Shown here: one piece after another, positions 12,263 to 26,420 of the stretch
Numbering within the stretch: position 1 is the stretch's first letter
Layout: each line of letters opens with the position of its first letter
Assembly (NCBI RefSeq): GCF_006345805.1
Contig: NC_043012.1
Coordinates: forward strand, 15,934,001 to 15,998,000
DNA from: Octopus sinensis
Taxonomy: Eukaryota
Reading direction: 5' to 3'
DNA: 64,000 nt
Translations under genes and position numbers: made by a program
The notes under the pieces: generated by a model
The model's input: only the letters and a program-made list of their open reading frames with translations
Databases searched by the model: none
Told to the model about the DNA's origin: nothing

Positions 12263-13638
12263 CACCGTTTGTTCCGGGCTTTATCCCCTGTCAGCATATA
12301 TGTATTTGTCATAAAATATTATGGATGATTTAGCGGATCGCTAATGTGGATACAATAATTAATATAAATAGCTAATCGCAATGTGATACTCTAATGGAAA
12401 AACATAAACATCGCTAAATGCGACTAAATGTGTCAAAACACTTACATTGCTAGAAATAAGACCTAAAACTCTCTAATGCTTTAGGAAAAGCACATAAATG
12501 TATACATGTATGCTTACTAGCGCAGCAATCATGCAAAACTCCGAACTGCTTCTTATTTAAGATGTTTATTGCAGAAATGGTAAAGATGTACACACAAAAG
12601 TTCAGGGAGTGTTCAACACACTTGGATCCGCAGCCCTTTGCAGCTGCACACAATTACAGCAACCAGAATCCTTAGAACCGGTGGAAATATCTGGCAGTAT
12701 ATGAATTATCGAACACCTAACAGTTGAGAGGGCTCAGAGAGTTTTCCTCAAAATAGGTGTCTCAACTCACCACTAAAGACACATAGACATAGATTTTCAG
12801 CGAAGACGATTTCAGATTTAAAAGCAAGGGATTATGTGGAAGCATTGCATTGAAAACCTTTAATGTTCTTGAAATAAGAAACAGGATGACCCTACGTAAT
12901 ATTCTTACCGCTTTTCCAAGGATTTCCTCTCATGTCTATGAGCATTAAAAGTAAAATATTTTTGTTCAAATGACGTATACGTGTTCAAATATTTGTTTTA
13001 CATTAAATGAAATATAGTTATAGAAAGAAAATACAAAGAATAAAAACTTACTGATACAAAGTTTAAAATTGTAAGAGCCTAGCGAGACCCAAAAATAGTC
13101 TCCTCCTTGGTGTCTCAGAATAATGACTACTCTATTATTTTTGCCACCCTCTACGTATTTACAGACAGCGCAACACATTATTTTTTTCGATTACAATATA
13201 TTGTGTGATCTACTCCCATTTTTATTTTTGTCTCGTGAGGTAAATTATTACCATGTAACAAACAAACACTAAATAATCAATAATCTCAGTTCAACAGACA
13301 TAAAATATTTACTCTTTTTTCCTTCGTTGGCTGTTTACGTATCTTTACGCTGGATATCAAAAATAGGTTATATTTTTTTTGTCTTCCGTGAAGTCATTGA
13401 TGTAAAAGCTGTCTGTCGGCTGAGTCGATAAAACAAAAAGAAAATATCCGATATACAAGTTAACCGTCGATATATATAGATATAGAATTTAGTATCAAAT
13501 ATATACCTTTTGTTTCTTATGAAACAACACCAAATTACAAGCATCAAGACAGAATATATATTCTGATAAACAATATACAAACTAATAAAGACAGAGAATA
13601 TACAGTAGATCAAATATATACCGAGTATAACCACTATG

Positions 13639-13690
<52 letters not shown>

Positions 13691-13802
13691 GCATATGTAT
13701 ATATACATATTTTTATGTATATTATATATATATATATATATGTGTACATACATCATACATACATACATCCATCCATCCATCCATCCACATCCATACATAA
13801 TC

Positions 13803-13883
<81 letters not shown>

Positions 13884-14425
13884 AGAACATACTAATCCGA
13901 AATAAATATGGCCACGAAAGTGAACTCTCAGGAAATATTTTTTCTCCCCTTCTCTCTCTTTCTCTTACTCTCATTCTCACACACTCTTCAAGTGAAAAGA
14001 AACAAAGTGATGAAAATAAGATTGAGACAGTTAAAGAAAGAGAGAAAGAATTAAGATAAAACATTGAAGAGAGTCAGAGAGGGATAAGTGATATAAAATC
14101 TCTTCTGATCACAATATACATACAAATCCAGTAACACAGTTATGAAGTAATATTTTATCTGAATGTATTGTTCTAGGAAGTGGATTTTCATTCTTATTCC
14201 TGATTTTTATTAATTCTTTTACCAGTTTTCGTTTTCGTTGCTGTTGATTTGTTGATAATTTTCTCTGAAATACTTTAGGTTCTTTTGATGCAGATATATC
14301 TTTGCTTCCAGGATTGCTTATCGACCTTTCTGTCTGTATCTCTCCTAAATTGCATATATATCTGGAAGTTTTATACTCACACATATGCACACAGACGCTC
14401 GCACATACATACATACATACATACA

Positions 14426-14461
<36 letters not shown>

Positions 14462-14477
14462 TATATTATATATATAT

Positions 14478-14874
14478 ATTTCACTTCAAGCCAAATTAAT
14501 ACACTAAAGTTAATTACGCACGCCAGATTTCCCGTCGAAAAGAGTACGTGGTGACATCTTTTAAGTTTATTTCCAATCGACTCTGACAAACAAAAAGAAC
14601 CGTTTTTCTTTTCTTTTTCGAAAGAAAACCTCTTCGTATAGGGAGAAGATTTTGGAACTTCTACCTCTTATAAGATTAGTACCGCTTTTCATTTATTTAT
14701 TTTACCGTAATTCAATCTAAGGACCTATTCTCTGTTTACATTCTTTAATAATCTTTCAGTTTCTGTTTCAGCTCCGTTACATCTCTTTAAAATTATTCAA
14801 TTTTAGGTAGGCATATATTTATTTGTTGCTTTATTTACACACACACACACACACACTCACACACACACACTCAC

Positions 14875-14960
<86 letters not shown>

Positions 14961-17593
14961 TTACTCAGTCCCTCAATCTCCCTAAATATATAGACGCGAA
15001 CATTATAAGTATAGTCGCAATTAGTTTAGTTTAGAGGAAAACGTTTGTAGCTACGGACAGGTATATATTTATAATTTACATCCTGTTAATAATCTTTCAT
15101 TTTCTGTTTCAGCTTCGTAACCTCCTCTCTTTCTTTTCTTTCGCTCTCTGTCTCTTTACTTCTCTCTATCACACAACCTTTCTTCTCTCAGTCGCTCAAT
15201 CTTTCTAAATTTATAGACTCACACTTTCTTCTTATTTTCTCTCAGCCGCTCAATCTTTTGCGTCACTTCCTCGCTTTCATATCTTTCTCTGTCACACCAT
15301 CTTTCTTCTCTCAGCCTCTCAATCTTCCTAAATATATAGACTCTCTCTCACTCTCTCCTTATCTTCTCTCAGCTGCTCAATCCTTTGCATAACCTCCTCT
15401 CTTTCATTTTTTCTCTCTCTGTCTCTTCACTTCTTTCCTTCACTTCTCCACTTCTCTCTGTCACACCATCTTTTCCCTCTCAGCCTCTCAATTTTTTAAA
15501 TATATAGACGCAAACTTTCTTCTCTTACTCTCTTCTTATCTTCTCTCAGCTCTCAATATCTCTAAATACATAGACACTTTCTTTCTCTATTTCTTCTCTA
15601 CCCTCTATCGCACTATTAAATTTTAAATATAATTAGATGGATAAATAAATAAAATATCCAAAAATGTCCAGAATCTGGAGAAGTAACGAATTGGCGTTGT
15701 TCCTGAGGCCTGGTAATGCGCCAACGGAGATAATCCGAACAGCATAATTACGGCTGCGCTGAAGAGCAGTGGATATAAAAGGACAATAGCACAGATAGAG
15801 CGAAAAAAAGCAGGAGTTTATACGCTCCTATGCACTCATAAGGTCTCACATTGGCACGCTTGATGCCATCTTTGACAACGAACAAAGTAAAGATGGCAAG
15901 GATGGAGGCACAGGTGCTGATGAAAGATGTCACCCCCATTGGTAGACACCTAGAACAACATCAAAGAAGATAATTCAAGTGAGAAACCTGCCCGGGAAGT
16001 AAACCAAAGTGCAAGTGCTCCTACCAGCACCAAAAGCCAAAACCATGGAGATGAAAGAGCCAAAAAGAAATAAAAGGAGGAAAAACTAAAAGAAAACACA
16101 AAGATGAAACAGCCAAAGAAGGAAAAACTAAAACTCAAACAAAACCAAAAGATGAAACAGCCAAGGATAGAAGCAAACCTGACTATCCATGTACCAAAAA
16201 GGATAGAAACAGACAGCGCACACGAATGTGTAAATTCTACCTGAAAGGTGTCTGCTGGCAATCCAACTGATATAAAATCAGAGACAGCGATTATTGATTA
16301 CATCAATATAAAGGAAGACGATGTAAAAGGCTATTGATGAAATGAAAACAAACTCAGCTACTGGCCCCGATGGATTCCCAGCAATCCTTCTAAAAGTATG
16401 TAAGAGAGTCCTTGCAAGACCACTGCAGTTCCTCTTTCAGAGCTTCCTTGCCACTGGCAAACTTCCAAGAAAACTGAAGGAAGGTAAAATATGCCCTATT
16501 CATAAAGGAGGTAGCAGAGCGGAGGCCAAGAACTACAGACCTATCTCTCTGACCTCACACATCAGCAAGGTCATGAAACGAATAGTCAGAAGGAAACTAA
16601 TCACCTTCCTTGAAGAAAATGACTTGCTGCCTGACACCCAACATGGTTTCCGACCTGGAAGAAGCTGCTTAACTCAGCTCCTACAACACTATGACTGGGT
16701 GCTGAAACGACTGCTCAACCACTCAAATGTGGAAGTGATATATCTCGACTTTGCAAAGGCCTTTGATAAAATCGATCATGGAATGATATGTCACAAACTG
16801 CGTGATCTTGGCATAGTTGGAAAATTGGGAGAATGGTTTCATGACTTTCTGAAGGATAGAAGTCAGGTGGTCGTAGCCACTTCTATTAACACGCAAATAG
16901 TGTGCGGTGTTCCGCAAGGCAGTGTTTTGGGACCACTACTGTTCATAATGGCCCTCTCAGACATGCCCTCAGCCACGCAGGGAGCTACGATCACAAGTTA
17001 TGCAGACAATACAAATGTTTCACAGGCAATACAGAAGCCTGAAGACACTAAGCACCTGCAATGTGAGCTGGACAAAATATACAAGTGGGCTGAAAAGAAT
17101 AGCATGCAGTTCAATGCTGAAAAGACTCTATTCCTTAGAGCGTAGGCGAGAAAGATATGCCATAATATACATCTGGAAGATCCTAGAAGGACCTGTCCCA
17201 AACTTTGGCATCGAGAGTTACACAAATGTCAGAACTGGGCGCCACTGCATAGTGCCAAGGACTCCAAATTTGCCATCAAGATGTAGGACAAGATACTGTG
17301 ATAGCCTGGGCTTCCGAGGCCCACAGCTCTTCAATATCCTCCCGAAGAACCTGAGAGACCTGCATGGGGTGGACGCAGATGTCTTTAAAATAAAACTGGA
17401 TCTCTTCTTGTCAGGTGTCCCAGATGAACCAACTTCACGGCAGGAGGTGCAGATGAGGGCAGCTGCATCGAACTCTCTCATGCACCAAATGGCAGTTGCT
17501 AAAAAGCATTTGTGAAGTAAAATCATGTAGCAACACCAAATGGCGGTGCTCCAGAATGGCCACAGCTTGTGAGCTGAAACTAGATAAAAAAAA
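14478..17593 (+). mobile_element. CR1/L2-group LINE with two large internal deletions (5' UTR, partial ORF1, RT, C-terminus, 3' UTR, A tail)
   Basis: RT motifs GPDG, NYRPISLTS, QHGFRPGRSC, YLDFAKAFD, GVPQGSVLGPLLF, YADN; C-terminal SLERRRERY; ORF1 ATG at 15664. Confidence 0.92.
16342..17145 (+). pseudogene. LINE reverse transcriptase remnant (catalytic YADD changed to YADN)
   Basis: ORF track translation; deletion and frameshift at ~17123. Confidence 0.88.
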
Positions 17594-17699
17594 ATTGGGT
17601 TTTCCTCACCAAATTGTAGATACATAATGAATGGTCAAAGACTCAGTGTTTGTTAAAATAATACATTTCATTTTCAAAATTTGATAGAATTGAGAAACA

Positions 17700-18450
17700 G
17701 AATTTAATTATTTCATGGATGTCTGTTTTCAAACTGATGATCGTTCTGATCAAGGCACTGCTGAAAACGCGAAGCAATAGTGTCACAAAAAATGTAGGTG
17801 AGGTCCGGTGAACACGGAACCTCTTCAACTAATCCACCTGTTACGCGAAATCTCACTAAGGTATGGTCTTACGTTACTAGGATTCTATGGTGTGCCCCAT
17901 CCTGCTGAAAATAAAATTGCACATCTTCAAAGTTGAATGCTTATCATGATAGATTATCGCAGCAAGTTCAAGTGAATGGGACCTATCAGAGGTACCATCA
18001 AATCAGAATGTTTCACTTAATCCTTTTGAAGGTAAGCTTTTGATGATTACCATACTATAATATGCAGACTTTCAGGGCGCTAGTAGATGCAAAGCTGGTG
18101 TTTAATAGAGCCATTTTATTTTAATGAAGCTTCATCTCTCCAAATAATCTGTGATGGAAAATATGTATCCTCTGTATATCCTGCCAAACTCCGTTCTTTG
18201 GTTTGGCTCCTCTTTATTCAGAGAATATTCTTGGAATGTAACGTGTACAAAGACAGCGCTTTAAACTATGATGGCCACTTCAATTTGAAACTGCTATTTC
18301 ACGACCCACGTAAAAGATTTTTGTACTTTAGAAAATACATTTATAGGAAGGTGAGTCCTGTTCGTGGATTTCTTTGTAACCCCCCCCCCTTAAATTTTTG
18401 TCTTTGCAGTTCGATTGCGCTTTCAATCTGCTATCAGCAGTTCTATAAAC
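17700..18450 (-). mobile_element. Highly degenerate Tc1/mariner-superfamily transposase relic
   Basis: Hand translation of minus strand gives, in order, QIIWRDEAS (~18130-18160), FYFQQDGAHH (~17890-17920), RWIS*RG..SPDLT (~17795-17840). Confidence 0.7.
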
Positions 18451-18490
18451 ATTTTTATTGTTCAAAAGCTTAGTCTAGTATACATCATTG

Positions 18491-18537
<47 letters not shown>

Positions 18538-18538
<1 letters not shown>

Positions 18539-18758
18539 CTTTACTACCCACAAGGGGCTAAACACAGAGGGGACAAACAAGGACAGACAAAGGGATTAAG
18601 TCGATTACATCGACCCCAGTGCGAAACTGGTATTTATTTATCGACCCCGAAAGGATGAAAGGCAAAGTCGACCTCGGAGGAATTTGAACTCAGAACGTAA
18701 CGACAGGCGAAATACCGCTAAATATTTCGCCCGGTGCGCTAACGTTCCTGCCAACTCG

Positions 18759-18762
<4 letters not shown>
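18538..18762 (-). mobile_element. SINE family A, well preserved
   Basis: Reverse complement of 7385-7610. Confidence 0.88.
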
Positions 18763-18820
<58 letters not shown>

Positions 18821-18827
18821 TATATAT

Positions 18828-18870
<43 letters not shown>

Positions 18871-19135
18871 ATGTATTATATATATATATACATATATACA
18901 TACATACATATATATATACATATATATATATATACACATATATATATATATACACACATATATATATATACATATATACATACATACATATATATATACA
19001 CACACACACATATATATATATAATATATATATACATATATACATATATACATATATATACATATATATATACATAGATACATACATATATATATATACAT
19101 ATATACACATATATACATATATATATATAGATAGG
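18763..19135. repeat. Long degenerate (TA)n/(TG)n/(TACA)n tract
   Basis: Read directly. Confidence 0.9.
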
Positions 19136-19246
19136 TAGATAGATATATGTATGTGTGTTTATTTGTGTACGTGTGTGAATGTATATGTTAATGCAATTGA
19201 AACAATTGTTGGATGTTTTAGGAGTGATCGTGCATAGTATTGATCT

Positions 19247-19285
<39 letters not shown>

Positions 19286-19289
19286 AGTG

Positions 19290-19610
19290 AAGCCATGTTG
19301 CTTAGCGGTTGGGGTATTCGGCCTCACGATCGCAGGGTCATGAGTTCAATTCTCGGTATCACCTTGTATCATTGACCAAAACGCTCTATTTCACGTTGTG
19401 CAGGTCACTCAGCTGGCAAAAATGAGTAGTATTTGTATTTCAAAATGCCAGCTTTGTCACACTCTTTGACTCGCTGACTCTCCTTGAGAACTACGTTAAC
19501 TGTACACGTGTCTATGGATAGCTCAGGCACATCTACGTAAATTTCAGGAGCCGGCTGATCCATTGATCGGATCAACTGGAACCCTTGTCGTCGTACCGAT
19601 AGAGTGCCAG

Positions 19611-19612
<2 letters not shown>
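19290..19612 (+). mobile_element. tRNA-derived SINE family C
   Basis: tRNA-like head, TTTCACGTTG..CACTCAGCTGGCAAAAATGAG; reverse complement of 25200-25525. Confidence 0.8.
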
Positions 19613-19675
<63 letters not shown>

Positions 19676-19734
19676 TATATATATATAATATATATATATA
19701 TATTATATATATATATATATAGATATATATATAT

Positions 19735-19800
<66 letters not shown>

Positions 19801-19848
19801 GCCAGTTATATATATATATATATAAGACAAATATATATATTTAAGACA

Positions 19849-19926
19849 AACCTCTGCTGAAGATTTATGGATGTTGTGTAAGTAAAATTGCATATTACAT
19901 TAATAATGAAACACTTGTTCAGGGTT
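19849..19926 (+). ncRNA. Type I hammerhead ribozyme motif
   Basis: AACCTCTG-CTGAAGA-(AT-rich stem II)-GAAACACTTGTT-CAGGGTT; intact core boxes, GUU site, weak stem II base. Confidence 0.6.
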
Positions 19927-21479
19927 AATCTATTTTTTCGTTGTGTTTCACTTACCTTACGTTAATTGTAGTGGTATTTCTTCTTGGAAACAACTTTTAG
20001 TGGCTATACCATTAGCGGAGCTATTTTTAGCACTAGAGTGAACCACATAGTGGTCACTCTCTAATATTTATGTATAAATTTGTATTTTTCCTTGGTTTTT
20101 ATGTGCTAAGCCACTTGGTGTTAAATTTATGGTATTATTAAATTAATATCAAATTTTTCACCCTCATTTATAATACAATATATATTTATAATACAAGATG
20201 CGACAAGAACGCAAGACATCAGACAACTAGGTGATACAAAAGGGACAACAAAACATCCAGATAAAAGATACAAAAAAAACAAAGACGGGTCATTCGAAGC
20301 TTTTTATCTTCAGTTAAGAACCGGATCATCCTCGCAATTTCGGCTGATTACTCTTGAGATTGCTCCAATCTGGCCAGCCCCAAGGAAAGACTAAGCTAAG
20401 AGCATTAGATTCCTTGGAAAAAAGCTTCGAATGTATACGAAAACAAGGAAGGAAAAACAGATATATACATATATACAATACCTAAGAATAGGATATTCTA
20501 AATGTTTTTACATTGCTATATTTTGATTATCAAATGATTTTTTTTCAAATAGCTACCGTTGAACATCAAGTCTCCTAGTCAGAGATTAATGCCTAACTAA
20601 AAAATATTCAATCTAACACCAGTAACAATTTGTGGATCAATTTCAAAATATTCAATTATTTTCTTGTGATGGTAATTTTCAATTGATTTCCAATGGAAAC
20701 TTTTGAAAATGGTTCCTTAGAGTTAAAAAAGTTTTTAATGTGAAAATATTCAAAACGGTGATACATCCTGCTTCGTTTTATCATTGTTAGACTTTCTTTC
20801 CTGATTCTGTAATATCATATGATAATACTTCTTCAATTTCTTCATATGCGCCATATTTTTATATTCCATGAAGTCTGCAGTGTCTATGTAATCTATTAAT
20901 GAAATATTTTAATCAGTTAACTATTATCATTTCCAAAGAGGGAAAAAGAATAAACAGCAGATTTTTGAAGCTGATCAACGAACAAACTGATGAAATGAAG
21001 TAGAAATAATACAGATCTTACTGTTTTTGATGATTGGAGAATGTACCAGTTGACCTTCGATCTTACAAGAAAACAGTAAATTTTTAAAGAATTTTCTAAG
21101 CACACAATCTCTCACAATATATACAGATATACAATGCAAGTATTAATACATAGACAAAGAAATACGTAGGTATATTCAAACTTATCCATATACATATAGA
21201 TATGCATACATACATAGCCTATATGGACACGCACAAAGACACCTACATACATGCACACATATTTATACAAGCATGTATGCACAAAAACTCAAACACACAT
21301 ATATATACATACCTTCATAAACATACATCCATACATACATACAAACACATATATGTGGGAAGCAGCCTTTATACGTTTCATTAAAAACTAGAATATTCTA
21401 TGTGCAGAATTAGGTGAGTTGAAATATGTTTGTCGCTGCCCTATGAATTTTATTGTAGCATGCCGGACATGTTCGGACA

Positions 21480-21950
21480 ATTGCGGGCCAGCGTCTACAC
21501 AAACTGGCAGGATTCCCAGCTCTGTGAGTCAGGAAGTGGTGATGTTGATAAGAAAAGACTCGAGCAAGGGGAACCATATTAGTAATTTTAGGCCCATAAC
21601 TCTACTTAATGTAGAGATAAAGATTTTGGCCAGGGTGCGAGCTGAAAGGTTGGCGCGAGTTGCGGAGAAACTTGTTGGAAGGGTGCAGACCATCCAGAAC
21701 AATTTCCATCTCCTGCGCTACACCTTAGAGAGGGTGGGTAAGTTATCCGACAAAGGAGGGGCACTAGTCCATTTAGACCAGAGTAAAGCTTTTGATTAGG
21801 TAGACCACCAGTATCTGGCGGCGGTCCTCGAGGCGGCTGGGCTAGGCCCAGACCTTCGTGGTTGTATACTTCTATTTATGACGGCATCAAAATCACAGTC
21901 CAGATAAACGGTTACCTGCCGGCGCCTTTTAGGATCAAGCGCTCGGTTTG
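21480..21950 (+). mobile_element. Tx1/L1-clade RT fragment
   Basis: NFRPITLLNVEIKILARV...LDQSKAFD*VDH. Confidence 0.8.
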
Positions 21951-21997
21951 GCATACAGTGCATGACTTGCATCTCTCAACTCCACGCCACTTATATA

Positions 21998-22051
<54 letters not shown>

Positions 22052-22061
22052 TATATATATG

Positions 22062-22441
<380 letters not shown>

Positions 22442-23932
22442 TGATAGGCGATTGATAGGCATGGAAATCGAAGAGATAAAATGAAAGTAGAAAATAAAAA
22501 TAGTACTTGAGCAACAGATAACGAACCAAGCGAGGTCAGAGAAATGAATGGCGACAGTGAAGACGTAGAACAAAGTGTAAATGTAAATAGATTCTCAGCA
22601 AATAAAGCAGAAGTAATCGAAAGAGTTTTATCACAAGAATACGATGATGACCAACAAGACATAATGAGGATGGTGTACCGATATATTAAAGAAGATCAAG
22701 TTCAAAAACCCCACCAATCTGAGGTATATTGATCGACGCAAGCTCGAAGTTGAAACCGAAAAGATAGGTTCGGTCCTTGGGCTATTCCGGACGAGAAATA
22801 TAACTGAAACTAACAAGTTTATTTTGGCTGCAGCTATGGTTACTGAAGACAGAGATGGATACAAGACAAGAGAACAAACAGAACGTAACGAACCATACTG
22901 GCGTAGACGAGTTTGTGACGAAGTTAAAAAGACATTTAGAATGAAGTTGAAAGATTGAGTAGAGAGGAATTGCAGAACGAAAGCATAAGCGCATGGCTCA
23001 GTGGTTAGAGCGTCGAGCTTACGATCGTGAAGTTGTGAGCTCGAATCCCGGACCGGGCTGCGTGTTGTGTTCTTGAGCAAGGCACTTTATTTCACGTTGC
23101 TCCTGTTCACTCAGCTGTAGAAATGAGTTGCGACGTCACTGGTGCCAAGCTGTATCGACCTTTGTCTTTCCCTTGAATAAAACACTGGTGGCGTGGAGAG
23201 GGGAGGCCGGTATGCATGGGCGACTGCTGGTCTTCCATAAACAACCTTGCCCGGACTTGTGTCTAGGAGGGTAATTTTCTAGGTGCAATCCCATGGTCAT
23301 TCATGACCGAAGGAGGTCTTTACCCTTTAATTCTAGAGAGAAGATATAGAATAAGAGATGAAGGCTATGATGTGATATTGGAAGAATTGAAACTAAGAGT
23401 AGTAACAATCAAAGCAAAACTGGAAAATTATCAAAATAGAACAAAACAATTCAGGTAAAACATATTGTTTGAAGCAAATCAGGAAACAAAAATTATTTCA
23501 GAAACTAGATGGGCAAATACACGTAACAATGAAACCAGATGCAGAGGAAAGCAAGGCATTCTGGAAAGGGATCGGAGACCAACCTGAAGAGCATTAGCGC
23601 ATAATGATGAACCGAGTGGCTGCATAGAATCTAAGATACGTTAAGAAATATAGAAGGCCACGAAGGCATATGAAAATAGTACAGAAATAATATTAAAAAA
23701 AAAACAGTTAATAAAATTCTCACATTTGAAGAGTCCAGGACCGGATGGGGTCCAAAGTTATAGGATGAAAAAGCTGAGAAGGTCCATGAGAGGATAGCGA
23801 AACAGCCTGATGAGTGCTTGCAGGAAGGAAGAGTATCCAGCTGGATAACAAAGGGAAAGACATTGTTATGTGCCAAAGATTCTGAAAAGGGAAATGTTGC
23901 ATCCAACTTTCAACCAATCACGTGTCTTCCGT
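22442..23932 (+). mobile_element. Degenerate Dong/R4-like element (N-terminal region to start of RT), interrupted by a SINE
   Basis: Directly follows (TAA)n; relic motifs EPYWRRR, EESKAFWKG, KSPGPDGVQ, SWITKGKTLLCAK, NFQPITCLP. Confidence 0.7.
22988..23330 (+). mobile_element. tRNA-derived SINE (family C-related head and core, different tail)
   Basis: A box TGGCTCAGTGG, B box CTCGAATCC, GTGTTCTTGAGCAAGGCACTT core. Confidence 0.85.
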
Positions 23933-23948
23933 GATATATATATATATA

Positions 23949-25174
23949 TTGGGTTGGCAATTAAATTCCCGCCGTTTTTTAAAATATAAATTTTTTAAAG
24001 GTTTCATAAAAAAATATCAACTAATTAATCAATAATGTATTCACCCTTGTTGTTTACAACTTCTTCCCAACGTTCAACAAGATTTTCAAGACCTCGTTGG
24101 TAGAAATCAATCGATTTCGACTCGAAAAATTGTTTCGACCAAGCTCTCAATTCTGCATCAGTATTGAACGAAACTCCGCGCATAGCATTTGAAATAAATC
24201 GATAAAGAGGGAAATCCGTTGGTGCCAAATCAGGAGAATACGACGGGTGTGGCAGCACTTCCCAGCCATGCGTTTGAATGACCAAGGAAGGCATTCAAAC
24301 GCATGGCTGGGAAGTGCAGCAGAAAACTCCATGCTGCCGATTTGGTCTTTTCTCTTGAATAGCCGTGTTGAGTCGTTCCATCTGTTGAAAATAGAGTTCC
24401 GGGTTGACCGTTTAGTTCCGTTCAAGCAATTCGTAACGGATAATCCCTTTCCAGTCCCAGCATACGCACAACATCGTTTTACGCGGATGAAGATCTTGCT
24501 TCAGGTGCGGTGTCGCTTGTTTACCGGGGCTGAGCCATTCCTTACACTGCTTCATATTGATGTATAGGCACCAGTTTTCGTCGCCAGCAAGCAAACCAGC
24601 GGAGACTGTGGCTCGTTGATTTTCATTGCTGTCACTTAAAGCGTGCGGAACCCATGCATACTTCTGAATATTTTCCATCGAGTGAAGTTGCTTCTCTATA
24701 TCAGTGTGGGAGCATTCCATTTTCTCTGCCAGTTCCCTTGTCGTTTGAAGATAATTTTCGTGCAAAAGTTGGTTTAATCGCTCTTCCTCGAACTCAACTG
24801 GACGGCCAGAACGAGGTGCGTCTTTGAAGTCAAAATTTCCATGTTTGAACTTGGCATACCAATCACGAGCGATTCTTTCACCTATGACACCCTCTCCATA
24901 CACAGCACAAATATCGTGAGCAGCTTTTGCGGCCTTAGAACCTTGATTAAAAGCAAAAAGAAGGAGATGTCGAAAATCCTCGTTTTTCTTAACTTGACAT
25001 TCCATTTTAATGATCTGAAAATAAACAAAAATTAACTAAAATTAACTAGAAAAGAGAAACAAAACAAAATAGATTCCAAAATGATTCAAAAATAGAAATC
25101 TCGAAAAAAAAAATTCTAAAATTAAAAAATTCCAAATTAAAAAAAAAACGGCCTTAACTTAGTTGCCAACCCAA
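23949..25174 (-). mobile_element. Mariner transposon with both TIRs, defective transposase (mellifera-subfamily-like)
   Basis: TIRs TTGGGTTGGCAA(T/C)TAA at both ends, TA on left and TG on right; transposase 25005..24025 with RSGRP, WVPHAL, GDENW, YSPDLAPTD; frameshifts and deletions. Confidence 0.93.
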
Positions 25175-25199
25175 TGTATATATATACATATATATATCT

Positions 25200-25525
25200 T
25201 AAAAGACTCCGCCGGTTACGACGACGAGGGTCCCAGCTGATACGATCAACGGAACAGCTTGCTCGTGAAATTAACGTGCAAATGGCTGAGCATTCCACAG
25301 ACACGTGTACCCTTAACGTAGTTCTCGGGGAAAATCAGCGTGACACAGAGAGTGACAAGGCTGACCCTTTGAAAATACAAGTACAACTCATTTTTGCCAG
25401 CTGAGTGGACTGGAGCAACGTGAAATAAAGTGTCTTGCTCAGGGACACAACGCGTCGCCGGGAATCGAACTCACAACCTTACGATCATGAGCCGAATGCC
25501 CTAACCACTAAGCCACGCGCCCTCA
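25200..25525 (-). mobile_element. SINE family C, well preserved
   Basis: Minus strand TGGCTTAGTGG...GTTCGATTCC; matches 19290-19612. Confidence 0.87.
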
Positions 25526-26325
25526 CCACACATATATATATATATATATAACTGGACAACAGTCTTCTCCCAAATCCCTATTGTTCACATTGTGATGTCT
25601 CCATTAGATCATGTCCTGGTTTAACGAATCATGATCATCTGGATATTACTTTTGTTGGCCAGAGGACTGGCATGAAGAGTCACCAGGTGATGGTGAATGA
25701 AGTGTAAACATTAATGATTAGGAGATCTATCAGTGTGACTGCGTTGGTGTTTGTCAATTTGGTTGGACGATCAGTGGCCTCTCACCGCATACTCATACCT
25801 CGTCTTCGCATTTGGATATGCTGAGTACGCAACGTATTTAACTTCTGTTGACATACAAGAGACAAATATGTATTGAGTAACTGATACAAAAAACTAATAG
25901 CCATTGAATATATCAAAGAACTTCAGTTGCCATTTAGTTGACTTCTAATTCCATATATTATTAACTTAGATAGGTAACATAAAGCTTAGAAAAGCCATAA
26001 CATATGCAATTGTTAGGTTGTGAAGTTTACAGTAAGAGTCAAAACATCTCTGGCAATACGTTCATAATTTGGATCGAAAAACTTCGCGTTCAAAGTGTCT
26101 TGCACTTACATATGGTAGCGGCAGGTTAACTGTTACTTCACTAAATAGACAAGTACATAATGCTATTCAAAATACATTTATCATGAATATATACTGGTTA
26201 ACAATTAAGGTCTGTCGAAGTCCGTTGAGCTTTTTAGGGTACGTCTTGACCCCCTCTCTCCTACTCTCTCCTTTGAAATTTTCTTCATGCTCAACATCTA
26301 GTCACTGCAGGCCCGCTCTATCTCC

Positions 26326-26420
<95 letters not shown>

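Noticed and set aside
20285-20370. Two minus-strand hammerhead-like strings (CTGAAGA..CGAAT; CTCAAGA..CGAAATTGC) in an unidentified repeat
   Set aside because: Core boxes are broken and stems unconvincing; not counted
22988-23060. tRNA-like sequences (also ~25455-25525 and ~29850-29925)
   Set aside because: They continue into SINE bodies and lack a clean cloverleaf, so they are SINE heads and not tRNA genes
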